In this document: positions 52,301-60,900 of the stretch, in pieces
Layout of the letters: each line of letters starts with the position of its first letter
Position numbering within the stretch: position 1 is the first letter of the stretch
Assembly (NCBI GenBank): GCA_029253045.1
Contig: JAQXAG010000048.1
Span: 1 to 61,518 of the forward strand
Length of the DNA stretch: 61,518 nucleotides
Direction: 5' to 3'
From: Fidelibacterota bacterium
GTDB taxonomy: Bacteria > Fidelibacterota > Marinisomatia > Marinisomatales > Marinisomataceae
Notes under the pieces: generated by a model
What the model was told of the DNA's origin: nothing
The model's input: the letters and a program-made list of their open reading frames with translations, nothing else
Database searches by the model: none
Position numbers and translations under genes: made by a program

Positions 52301-53554
52301 CCGACAAGCGGAACTTATGGAATAGATTTTTTAAATGAATATGACGCAACATACGATGATCACTTTTTACATGTCATCAGCGATAGTATGAGCCCTTTTC
52401 TTAGAGATTTGTTTAGAGCAACTAGTTCAGACAAAAGCCATAAAACATTAGGCCAACTATATAATAGTGCAAGTTTTGGAATGAGTGCTGGCCATTTGGG
52501 TAAAGCCGTAAGGCACCCTTTCTTTTCTAACGAATTATCTGAAAGTCTACACATAAGAAATGATTTCTTTAGTTGGGCTTATTATGAGTATTTATATTTT
52601 GGAGCTTCTTCTGGGCAAGGGGGGCATGTATCTTCAAAAGTAAAAGGAGATGTAACTTGGGATAAATATAAATGGGTTAATTATTGGGAAAGAACGAGGA
52701 CCAGTGTCTCAATGCAGACTGAGGCTTTAGCAGAATTTGCTGATAGTGGGTTTACTAATTTAAATGAATCTGAATTTGACGGGTTTGTGACTTATACAGA
52801 TACAGGAGGAAATCAAACACAAACAAAAGCTAAACAATTTTTTTATGGAGGAATTGATAAAGCATCATCTGCCGTTTGGCCTTGTTATGAAAATAATATA
52901 CCCGCATTAAGTCAACTTCATTTTAATCAATCTTTTACATCTCATTACAGTAGTTGGGTGGATGAATTCACAGAAGCATACACAAATCACAATCACTCAT
53001 TAAGGGGAATAAATCTAGGGGCAAGTGTAAACAATACACCTTCTGTGCAAAAGATTTTAGACAGACCTTGGTTCAGTTATTGTGCTTTTTCTCAAAACCC
53101 TGGATTAAAGGTTAATATAACAAATAGCTTGGGAAGAACCACAGAAAGAAGCATTATGCAGCTAGCCATGACACACAGAAATATCAATTCAGCAAATAAC
53201 ACAAAAAGAGCTGAGCCGTGGATAAGTATGCAAAATGCAAAGTACGAAAAAATATTAAAAAGACCTTATGTTTTAGCCCAGTATGGTTATGCTGGAGATA
53301 TGTTTGGATATAGCACTGCCGATGTAGGGTTTGCTAATAATGATTGGGCAGATCATCATATTACTATATATGAAAGCAGTAATGTGATATCCGCTGGAAC
53401 ACAATTTGAAATATCACTACAACAAGCTGGATCTGAATTTAATGATGATGTTAGGAATGAAAAAGAAGAAAGAGTTGTGGATGACAATTTCGTAGGAGAC
53501 GGAAGGTCAAAAATATCGTTGGACAATTACACTCTTTATGCAGTAGCAAAGTAA
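49373..53554 (+). CDS. tail fibre protein (candidate), 1,393 aa
   Basis: GTG start; the first in-frame ATG is more than 150 codons downstream. It lies after the J-like gene. The central Ala/Thr/Asn-rich helical region (nt ~50821-51620) has reiterated AADAA / YNTAL-type units. Confidence 0.5.
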   Translation: MPFDQIYWNNYGSGDFADPGYTDVGTSGDVRFGVTSTADCHSTFSFYGKRRKRFGSFWNCLYRDKKFPYDSNNFGSYGTGGFWENSPSSGSPDPALPNPNTGSTAGSCNESNGWIDSGYSGICKPRREWQVQVGDTIVYSWPGIESYTYSNFNVNDMQKTGNAGNNIANVYTTPTDDHLFQSQNRESCHNISNTARVKDATNTFIGIHKDYPLSVTTTKAMRGFYLILKRKRFIYNEYASKHTEQYGTSGGDHYQKGGGIKWTHIDSRQGNYLELKDLLDNTVDIKKPWTDEYAVLKSEFESGDVGRDIIALETNATIGLVKDSTYKITQFVDVDNMKINASSGTKNIEYDDVRDKWNWINSKGQITPGHGGTETTDNITNVLSSPLGAPLSQNRDYQEVILLGKKVGTTGYNWRAAGENTAAQTELEDLKGLFRSKVPWKNLFSLPLDNLDEDINEWFYLFNRTEANRLYQQAIVNSATVLQNTATQNYNTDLADTDAKYATSQAASNTRDDAVNEWNRLKAINDTKAATRQQEKDTMDTLNDAEVAALAALNTALTNKNTATDTYNTALQSFTSWDNYCYAWENASGWTAELSFSWRCGQTFPGSAGQESTYGWQAGNYNNYVNSSNNFTAAETASNAADAAYTAADAAHTSALSAYNAQVIIFNAADAAATAASNAVDAQLTVKDTALAAFNTAEGIWQAAKAISDASETVMNTTIAATEVAQTLYDIYATAIAAYPNNAGAAMTDRILNPIYYGDTRLNWRQAQIANLANNFNTELDRSDPLGEDHDGSVDLIDAVIHPNFVPRERAETGSVYIKNITIKKNGTVIKAEDDSVGEFIEVPSSEIYTDQSGEIQATGTKDQPWVTFSNLYYNKTNIIHRYISENFKIRFPEAGLYEIDEVQAAGNRIKLKTNLTKAISNKSFTLSVPRGSTNPDYTWGEIQLTEFDTDTYETTSTVDMTQQHKIYTQSGMTTMPTSGTYGIDFLNEYDATYDDHFLHVISDSMSPFLRDLFRATSSDKSHKTLGQLYNSASFGMSAGHLGKAVRHPFFSNELSESLHIRNDFFSWAYYEYLYFGASSGQGGHVSSKVKGDVTWDKYKWVNYWERTRTSVSMQTEALAEFADSGFTNLNESEFDGFVTYTDTGGNQTQTKAKQFFYGGIDKASSAVWPCYENNIPALSQLHFNQSFTSHYSSWVDEFTEAYTNHNHSLRGINLGASVNNTPSVQKILDRPWFSYCAFSQNPGLKVNITNSLGRTTERSIMQLAMTHRNINSANNTKRAEPWISMQNAKYEKILKRPYVLAQYGYAGDMFGYSTADVGFANNDWADHHITIYESSNVISAGTQFEISLQQAGSEFNDDVRNEKEERVVDDNFVGDGRSKISLDNYTLYAVAK

Positions 53555-53555
53555 T

Positions 53556-54626
53556 TTATTTACATTTATCTTTTCCGCAAAAAGACTGAGATGTTGGTGT
53601 AGATCCAGGACTAGGAGGACTGTATTGGCTGTAAGAAGGGGTGTTTGTTCCGTTATTAGTTGTCTCGTTACAGCAATTTTCTCCACTACTGGTTGTAGCA
53701 TGCCCACTTCTTCCAGGGAAATATAATCTGCTTTTTTGTTTAGGCATATATGGATTAAGCATGGGCATAATTATTGAATTATAACCAGGATGTTGCATTC
53801 TTCTATTTTTTAAAGCATGGAATATGAAACCTTTATTTGGTTTTAATTTAACATCTCTATAAAAAAAGTTTGCTGGATTTTGATACTGTAAAGTTTCAAT
53901 TGATTTTAAATCAATTGATCTTCCGTGAGCATAAAAAACATTCTCTTCTTTTACAAAAGAAAAAACTCTAGGTATTAATCTTTTACTTTGACCTTGTACT
54001 TTATGATTTACTTGAGGTTGATTTAATAATTCATTAACACTTTTGCTTTGGATTTCAGTGTCATATTCGCTTAGATAATCTTCTATAGTTTGCCTATTTC
54101 CTTGCATAGAGTCTCCTAATCTAGTATGCATAGGCTGACCCTTATAGGCACTTTGAATCTGCATTTCTATAGGTGAATCATATATAATTTCTGATGCAAG
54201 TTTTCCATTTTTAGGGTAAAATATTCTGAATCTAGTATTGACTGGGTCACCTCTATAAGCTATAATATTGCATTTATTGAAAACTAGTTCACCATCATCT
54301 CCGTCACATTCTAAAAAAAGCTCGACGAACACAACCTCTCCTGCTTTTATATTTGATATTTTTAATAGCGGTGTCTGGCTTTTATGAGATCCGATCCAGT
54401 CAACCTCAACATTAGTTTGAAAATCAACAGAGTTCTTGTAGTTGCTATGTATCCCAATTACTTGCCAATCCCAATTAATTGGATTAAAATTAAGTGCATG
54501 ATATTTAGGTATAACATGTACAAAATCAGAAGACGTTCCGTCGTAGTCCTCTACAGTTCTATATAAAGAATTATTTAAGTTTAAAAAAGGTTTCCAAACT
54601 GCTTTTTGCTCTTCCGTTAATGCCAT
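53556..54626 (-). CDS. hypothetical protein (inverted cassette 2, gene 2)
   Basis: 356 aa. Its stop lies 1 nt from the convergent stop of the 1,393-aa gene. The Ser/Thr/Pro/Asn-rich C-terminal tail ends in a Cys-rich CCNE...FCGKDKCK. Confidence 0.6.
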   Translation of the reverse strand: MALTEEQKAVWKPFLNLNNSLYRTVEDYDGTSSDFVHVIPKYHALNFNPINWDWQVIGIHSNYKNSVDFQTNVEVDWIGSHKSQTPLLKISNIKAGEVVFVELFLECDGDDGELVFNKCNIIAYRGDPVNTRFRIFYPKNGKLASEIIYDSPIEMQIQSAYKGQPMHTRLGDSMQGNRQTIEDYLSEYDTEIQSKSVNELLNQPQVNHKVQGQSKRLIPRVFSFVKEENVFYAHGRSIDLKSIETLQYQNPANFFYRDVKLKPNKGFIFHALKNRRMQHPGYNSIIMPMLNPYMPKQKSRLYFPGRSGHATTSSGENCCNETTNNGTNTPSYSQYSPPSPGSTPTSQSFCGKDKCK

Positions 54627-54638
54627 AATAAATTATTG

Positions 54639-56741
54639 TTAATCATCTGAGCTATAACTAGATGAACTATTATTTTGAGATGATGAAGTTGAATTATCTC
54701 TTCCATAGTATGACATATCCAACATAGATTCAACTGCGCCAGGTCCTATTTGTGCTTCTGTATCTAAAAAGATTTGTTTCACATGGTCGAAATTAGGAAT
54801 ATAATTCCCGTTTATATTATACTTTTCATCGGTGTAATCTAAGTCAACTCTCCAACCTTTTAATTCTAGCCTTTCAACTAATGCTAGTATATTGTTGTTT
54901 AAATCATAAGTTGGAGCATTTTCATACTTTGGATTTTCCTCAAAAGTCAAATTATCTGACAGCATGTAAGCATCTGGTCTGCCAGTAACACTAACTAGTG
55001 CCCCCATTGGGCCAATATAATCATGAACACCTGTATAAATTACAGCATTCTCTGGGCCATTCCTTGTCTCTTGATCTTTAGCATTAAAATAACCATTTGT
55101 CCTATTGCAGTGTAAAGCTGATTTTAATGCATGGTAAATTCCAGTTTGATTTAATTTATTTGAACCTAAATTAAGCAGCTTCAATTTTTTATTTGATATG
55201 AAAAAAGGAGGGCATCCATTTGGAAAAAACTCATCTTTTGGGAGGTCAACTTCTAAACCATTATAATAAGGACATCTAGCATGAACAGGCGGTTGATTAA
55301 ATATATGTCTCCATTCGTGCTTGGTATCGTGATTTTCATTTTTTGGGCTCAAATTGTGATAATCATTCAACCAGTCGGTTCCGCACCCAGAAATAATAAA
55401 AGTTTTTACATTAGGAAATGAGTGAGGATGAAAATATATATATTCAAGGTTGGGACAGTCAGTAAACATTAAAGATGTAGCTCTTCGTGTACTACCCATG
55501 TGTTGAGCTGGTATTCTAAAAGATTTTAGTTGATGACTATCATCTATCCTTATGAAATCAAAAACGTCATATTTATGCCCCCAGAAACAAAATGGAGCTC
55601 CATATTGATGGTGGTATAAATTTTTATAATTTTTTCGATCAGCCCAAAGCTCAGTAGGTATAGTTCCGTTTTCATATAAACTAGCTTCTTGAATTCTTTC
55701 TCTATTAATAGAATCAGTGGCATTAGTTATTTTAATTTCTTTTGTACTATCTTGGTCGTCAAGAACACTATCAAAATGAACTTTCATACTTCGCGTCATT
55801 TCGTCTTTATAAATAGTATGTGGAATGACCATTGTATTTGCAGGCTCCCAAATCGCTCCAGTGCCACGGTATTCTCCTCCGTTCTCTGCATTTTTAGTGA
55901 AATACCTAACTATACTACTTCTTTTATTTTGATAAGTTACCGCCCCTATCGCAAGGTCATAAACCAAACAATCAAAATTCATGCTTGTCGTTATGTCCGC
56001 TCTAAGTTCTCTCGCAAAACCTTCTACTTCAATTTCTTGAATACCAGTTTTATGATAAGTTATATCAAGAGTCGCATATTCATTAGGGTCTCCTCGGTAG
56101 CCGCCCATAGATCCGCTTATAAAACTAGGATCGGTTTGAAGTTCAGGACGAATATAAATTTCATTTCGCACTCCTTTAGATTTAGATTGAAGAATGAAGG
56201 GACCATACCTAGGTTCAGTTAAATCACCCATTTTTGATACATAAAATCCGCTTGATCCACTAACCAAATCTTCATCTATTATTGTTTGTATTTCTTGGGC
56301 GGTAAAACTATATCTTATTGGTCTGGTTAATTTTTCGTTACCATCGATTTCTAGATAAGATATTTGATAAAAATTACTCCTGTATTGCTCTAGATATTCT
56401 TTTGAGCTTTTACATATTTGTCCATATAAATTACCTCTTAAAATCTCTCTGTATGTTAAAACTTCTGGCCTTACAGAGGCCTCAGTATCATTATTAGGAT
56501 TTTTAAATCCTTTTTTATTGTTATAATCTAAAAGAAGAGGATCTTTTTGATCGTTTAGTTTATTATAATTTAAATTAAAATATTTTGCGGTTTTATCTAA
56601 GTAATAATTAGGTCGATCAATCAAGTCTTTTAAGGTTAATTTATCCGAAGTGCTTCTCCAGGGTTTGATTTGATTATCAAAAACCCCTTGCCCTGGGCTA
56701 AAAGTACCCCCACCGAGTTGAAAATTCTTAGTCTTACTCAT
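54639..56741 (-). CDS. LRR-like hypothetical protein (inverted cassette 2, gene 1)
   Basis: 700 aa from ATG 56741 (the track uses TTG 56744). A portal-type promoter copy lies directly upstream. The C-terminal half has LRR-like segments (CPNLEYIYFHPHSFPNVKTFIISGCG; NKKLKLLNLGSNKLNQTG). It ends in STSSSQNNSSSSYSSDD. Confidence 0.6.
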   Translation of the reverse strand: MSKTKNFQLGGGTFSPGQGVFDNQIKPWRSTSDKLTLKDLIDRPNYYLDKTAKYFNLNYNKLNDQKDPLLLDYNNKKGFKNPNNDTEASVRPEVLTYREILRGNLYGQICKSSKEYLEQYRSNFYQISYLEIDGNEKLTRPIRYSFTAQEIQTIIDEDLVSGSSGFYVSKMGDLTEPRYGPFILQSKSKGVRNEIYIRPELQTDPSFISGSMGGYRGDPNEYATLDITYHKTGIQEIEVEGFARELRADITTSMNFDCLVYDLAIGAVTYQNKRSSIVRYFTKNAENGGEYRGTGAIWEPANTMVIPHTIYKDEMTRSMKVHFDSVLDDQDSTKEIKITNATDSINRERIQEASLYENGTIPTELWADRKNYKNLYHHQYGAPFCFWGHKYDVFDFIRIDDSHQLKSFRIPAQHMGSTRRATSLMFTDCPNLEYIYFHPHSFPNVKTFIISGCGTDWLNDYHNLSPKNENHDTKHEWRHIFNQPPVHARCPYYNGLEVDLPKDEFFPNGCPPFFISNKKLKLLNLGSNKLNQTGIYHALKSALHCNRTNGYFNAKDQETRNGPENAVIYTGVHDYIGPMGALVSVTGRPDAYMLSDNLTFEENPKYENAPTYDLNNNILALVERLELKGWRVDLDYTDEKYNINGNYIPNFDHVKQIFLDTEAQIGPGAVESMLDMSYYGRDNSTSSSQNNSSSSYSSDD

Positions 56742-56758
56742 CAAATATATTATACACC
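56742..56758 (-). promoter_or_regulatory. GGTGTATAATATATTTG candidate promoter (inverted copy of the portal promoter)
   Basis: The reverse complement of 56732-56758 is GGTGTATAATATATTTGATGAGTAAGA. The portal copy at 12677-12703 is GGTGTATAATATATTTAATGAGCAAGA, giving 25/27 identical. TATAAT (56754-56749) lies 7 nt before ATG 56741. Confidence 0.5.
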
Positions 56759-56782
56759 AAAACGGAGAAAAAACTATTTTAA

Positions 56783-56792
56783 TGTGTAAATT
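56783..56792 (+). promoter_or_regulatory. TGTGTAAATT upstream element (divergent partner)
   Basis: GTGTAAAT core ending 6 nt before ATG 56799. It lies back to back with the minus-strand promoter in a 57-nt intergenic region. Confidence 0.4.
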
Positions 56793-56798
56793 ACATAC

Positions 56799-57950
56799 AT
56801 GGGAGAAAACTCCATATTAAGGTATAATTCAGCTAGGTTATTTGGGCAATCTAGAACTGCGGGCGAGACTATAAATCCTATATCCTTGGTTACTGATTTT
56901 GATTTTGGATTTAGCCTTAATAGGCAGTTAATAAAATCAGTCGGATATAGTGAAATAATAAGACCTGTAGTTTCAAATCAAAGACCTTATTTTAATTTTT
57001 CATATTTTCTTTCTGATGTGGATAATGAAAAGCTATTCAGGATGCCTGTAACAGCAGACGAGGCCGTTCATGCAAAAATACCTATATTCACTGGTTTAGA
57101 AACAATGGATTTTATGTTTTTATCTTCAGAGAGTGGTCAGGATTTTGTAAATATAGATGAAAATGAACTTTCTGCATGTTTTTTTACAGGAGCATTCATG
57201 ACCTCCTATAATCTAGAAATATTAAATTCTGGAGTTATAAAAATAAGCACATCATGGGAGGCGGATAATGTAAGATTTGAAAAATTTAAAAACATATCTG
57301 AATATAAATTTATAGATTTTGATGTAGAAGATTTAGAAATGACTACTCAAAGCACATTTGAATTAAACGACGGAAAAGAAGAAATAAATTTAGACGTTGG
57401 GGGTTTTGGCACTCAGGGCAGGATGCAAAGTTTTAGTTTTTCAGCAGACATTCCGACAAAAACACTTTATGACTTTGGGCAATATGCACATAAAAAAGAT
57501 ATAAAATTTCCAATAGAAGGAAGAATTTCCACCAGAGCATTCGTAAACAAACAAATAGAAGGACGATTGGATAATATTTTGTGCTCAGACAAGGGCGTGG
57601 ATTTTTTGTTTTCAAATTTTAGAAACTCATGTAAAAAAGGCAATATAAAAAATGATAAGTCAGGTTTTTTATTTAAAGATGCAAAAATAGAATCACAGAA
57701 ATATTCATTAAGCACGAGCAAAGGAAACTATTTTGTAGCAGATTTAGAGTTTACAGTTTATATAACGAGAGAAAAAGGGGTTTATATAGCAAAACACATA
57801 ACCCCAGCGACCGATGCTATTTTTCAGGGAGAAGATGGTTTTGAGATATTAAATTTAATGTTGGAATCTGAAGGTGGAGCTGGAGGTATTTTAAGTGAAG
57901 TTGCTGGAGATATGATATCCAGCATGAAGGATTTAAGAAACAAAGTGTAA
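56799..57950 (+). CDS. tube-fold-like structural protein (third paralogue class)
   Basis: 383 aa. The N-terminus ILRYNSARLFG recalls tube-protein N-termini. Two tube-type motifs: TDFDFGFSLNRQLIKSVGY...PYFNFSYF and MQSFSFSADIPTKTLYDFGQ...FPIEGRIS. Confidence 0.4.
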   Translation: MGENSILRYNSARLFGQSRTAGETINPISLVTDFDFGFSLNRQLIKSVGYSEIIRPVVSNQRPYFNFSYFLSDVDNEKLFRMPVTADEAVHAKIPIFTGLETMDFMFLSSESGQDFVNIDENELSACFFTGAFMTSYNLEILNSGVIKISTSWEADNVRFEKFKNISEYKFIDFDVEDLEMTTQSTFELNDGKEEINLDVGGFGTQGRMQSFSFSADIPTKTLYDFGQYAHKKDIKFPIEGRISTRAFVNKQIEGRLDNILCSDKGVDFLFSNFRNSCKKGNIKNDKSGFLFKDAKIESQKYSLSTSKGNYFVADLEFTVYITREKGVYIAKHITPATDAIFQGEDGFEILNLMLESEGGAGGILSEVAGDMISSMKDLRNKV

Positions 57951-57959
57951 TTAAATACG

Positions 57960-60900
57960 ATGGCTATAGATAGAAAAATATCGGACTTAGATAATATCCC
58001 AGGGTTGGCAACAACACCTCCTAAAGAAGGGGATTACTTCCTTATAGCTAGAGAAGACGTAAACAACTATAAGCTTAGTTATACTAGGTTAGACGATCTA
58101 GTTAGAAGAGATGTTGTTTTTACAACTGGAGATCAAACAATAGATGGTCAAAAAAGTTTTGACAAAGCTATAATAGGTAATTTACAAGGGTTCTCCAAAT
58201 ATGTATACGAAGGAATGTATATTACTGGCGATCAAACAGTTGCTGGAATAAAAACATTTGATGAATTTATATTAGGTAATGTTAGTGGAAACCTATCTGG
58301 AACAGCTCAATATGTAGTAAGTGGGGTATATCAAACTGGTGATCAAACCATATATGGAATAAAATCTTTTGAAGACGATATTTTTATAAGTGGGAAATCT
58401 TTAGACTCTCACATAAAATATGTGATATCAAACGCTACATCTGATATAAGAGAGGATGTAGAAGGGCTAAAATCGAGTGGAGTTTTTATTACTGGAAATC
58501 AGTACATAAGTGGTATAAAAAGCTTTGATTCGTTTATCTCAGGTAATGTTAGTGGTAATCTTTCAGGAACTGCGAGATATGTACAAGATGGAGTTTACCT
58601 AACTGGCAATCAAGTCATATCAGGAGTTAAAACTTTCGATGATTTTCTCGTAGGAAATGTAAGCGGCAACCTTTCGGGCACATCTCTGTATGTAAAAAGC
58701 GGGGTTTATACCAGCGGAGACCAGAAAATTGAAGGTACTAAAGATTTTGTAGGCGATATTTACCTAAGCGGAAAGCCTATAGTTTCTATGGTAGCAGACG
58801 CCATAGATAATGTTGCTTACATTACTGGGGACCAAAACATTTCTGGAATAAAAACATTTGAATCTTTTATTAGTGGAAATGTTAGCGGTAATTTGTCTGG
58901 GACCGCTCTTTATGTTCAGAGTGGTGTTTACACTAGCGGCAATCAAAACATAGAGGGTGTTAAAGATTTCGTAGGAGATCTTTACATCAGCGGAAAGCCG
59001 TTTACAGACTACAGTACGAAACTTTCAGAAGAAGAAGTTTTATTTATCACAGGTTACGATCAGGTAATAACTGGTAAAAAGATTTTTTATGATTATTTAA
59101 TTCCATCTGGAGGGATAACTACCACGGGCGATTCACAATCACTAGTATTAAAAGGTGATCCGTACAAAATTATAGATGCGCCAACTGGAGCCTTAACTAT
59201 ATCTTTCGAAAACGGCGTTTATATAACAGGATCAGATTTACATGTTCAGGGAAAAATCTTTGCTGATGAAATTCAATCTGTTGATTCTATAGCTGGAAAT
59301 TCTGGATCTATGGTTCTCACCGATGGTAGGGATCCTGCGCTATTTGAAGGTCCAGACGAAAGCCTCTCTATGGCATTCAAAAGTGGGGTATTCATTACTG
59401 GTGGTGCCGATCTCCATGTTGAGGGTAAAATCTTTGCTGACGAAATCGAAGCTCTCGATTCTATAGCAGGGGAATCTGGAGCTATGGTTCTTACCGATGG
59501 TAGGGATCCTGCGCTATTCGAAGGTCCAGATGAGAGTCTTTCTTTAGCCTTCAAAAGCGGTGTTTACATAACAGGATCGAGCTTTTACATAGATGAAAAT
59601 TTATATATAAGTGGGAAAAATTTCAAGTCTTACATTCCAGAAGATATATTTTATATAACAGGAGATCAGACGGTTGGTGGAGAAAAAGTTTTTTCAAATT
59701 TTATAACGGCTGATATTAGCGGAAATTTATCTGGGACAGCAAGCAATGTAGTAAGTGGGGTATATACGAGTGGAAATCAACAAATAAAAGGTATAAAAGA
59801 TTTTGTAGGTGATTTACTTGTGAGTGGAAAGCCTTTTAATAGTTACGCAAGCCCCTCATTAAATAATAATAATCAACATGTAGAACCAAATGTTTTTTAC
59901 GAAACTATAAATTCTAATTTTTGGTGGTCATCCTCAAGTTCAAAAGTTTATATTCCATTGTCTAATGCAGAAACTGCATGCTCTTCTAATTGCACCAATT
60001 CAGAAGAAAGTGGAAAAATGAATATGCAGCATGTAAAATTGATGCCCAACAAAGGGAAAGTCAAAAAAATAAATTTTTCAATAACTAAAACAAATCCCCA
60101 CGGAATACCAAACCCTCAATTTAATATAATAAGCGGAAAAGCTATTGATTATGATTGCGATTCAAGTGTAGATTCTGAATGCTCAAGCAAGTTATATTTC
60201 ATTGATGATATTGGAGAGGAAGTGAAGAATAAAGTAGGATCAACTAATTTTCAATATTCACAATGGGAGGATACATACCATGTATATGCAAGAATGGGAA
60301 GCTCATATCCAAGCCATTCCTGCTGCTATCCAAGCTCTTCATTTAATCCTAATACAGGGTGGACACCTAGTGAGGACTATAACAGTTCCGATTTAAAATT
60401 ATGGCTGGATGCTTCGGACCTCACCACTGCAGGAGCAACTTGGAATGACAAGAGTGGAAATGAAAACCACGCCACCAAATACAACACCCCAACTGTGGTA
60501 CCCGATGCTCAAAATGGTCTATCCCTAATGCGATATGATAGAGCTTCGGCGGCCGCGAGTACCGACTACCACGAATGGAACGATATTAATGATATCCGTA
60601 CCATATTTGCAGTGTTTAAAAGGGATAGTGGAAACAACGGATCAATACTGACAGACGATTCAGTTTACCCTTTCTTCTCCAATGGAGACTCATTGCTCAG
60701 TAACAATCATGGTGATGATAATATTAAAAATGGTCTCTATAAGTTAAACGGCTCTTCCATCACCCCAACCTCAACTGAGTACCCTGCAAACTTATCAATT
60801 GTTGCAATACGTTCTTTAGATACTGTGGAATCTAGTCGAATTGGTAGAGATAGGGAGGCGAACAATTACCATTTCGATGGTGATTACGGCGAACTCCTTA

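Noticed and set aside
53545-56800. Mu G-segment-like invertible fibre segment flanked by inverted repeats
   Set aside because: Only a weak AT-rich match (GTAATTTA plus ACATT) is shared between the two borders. The minus-strand genes have their own promoter and start codons. No invertase gene is visible in the window.
59250-59597. DGR template/variable repeat pair or CRISPR-like array in the fibre gene
   Set aside because: There are only two in-frame tandem copies, and the mismatches are of all base types rather than adenine-specific. No reverse transcriptase or spacer structure is in the window.
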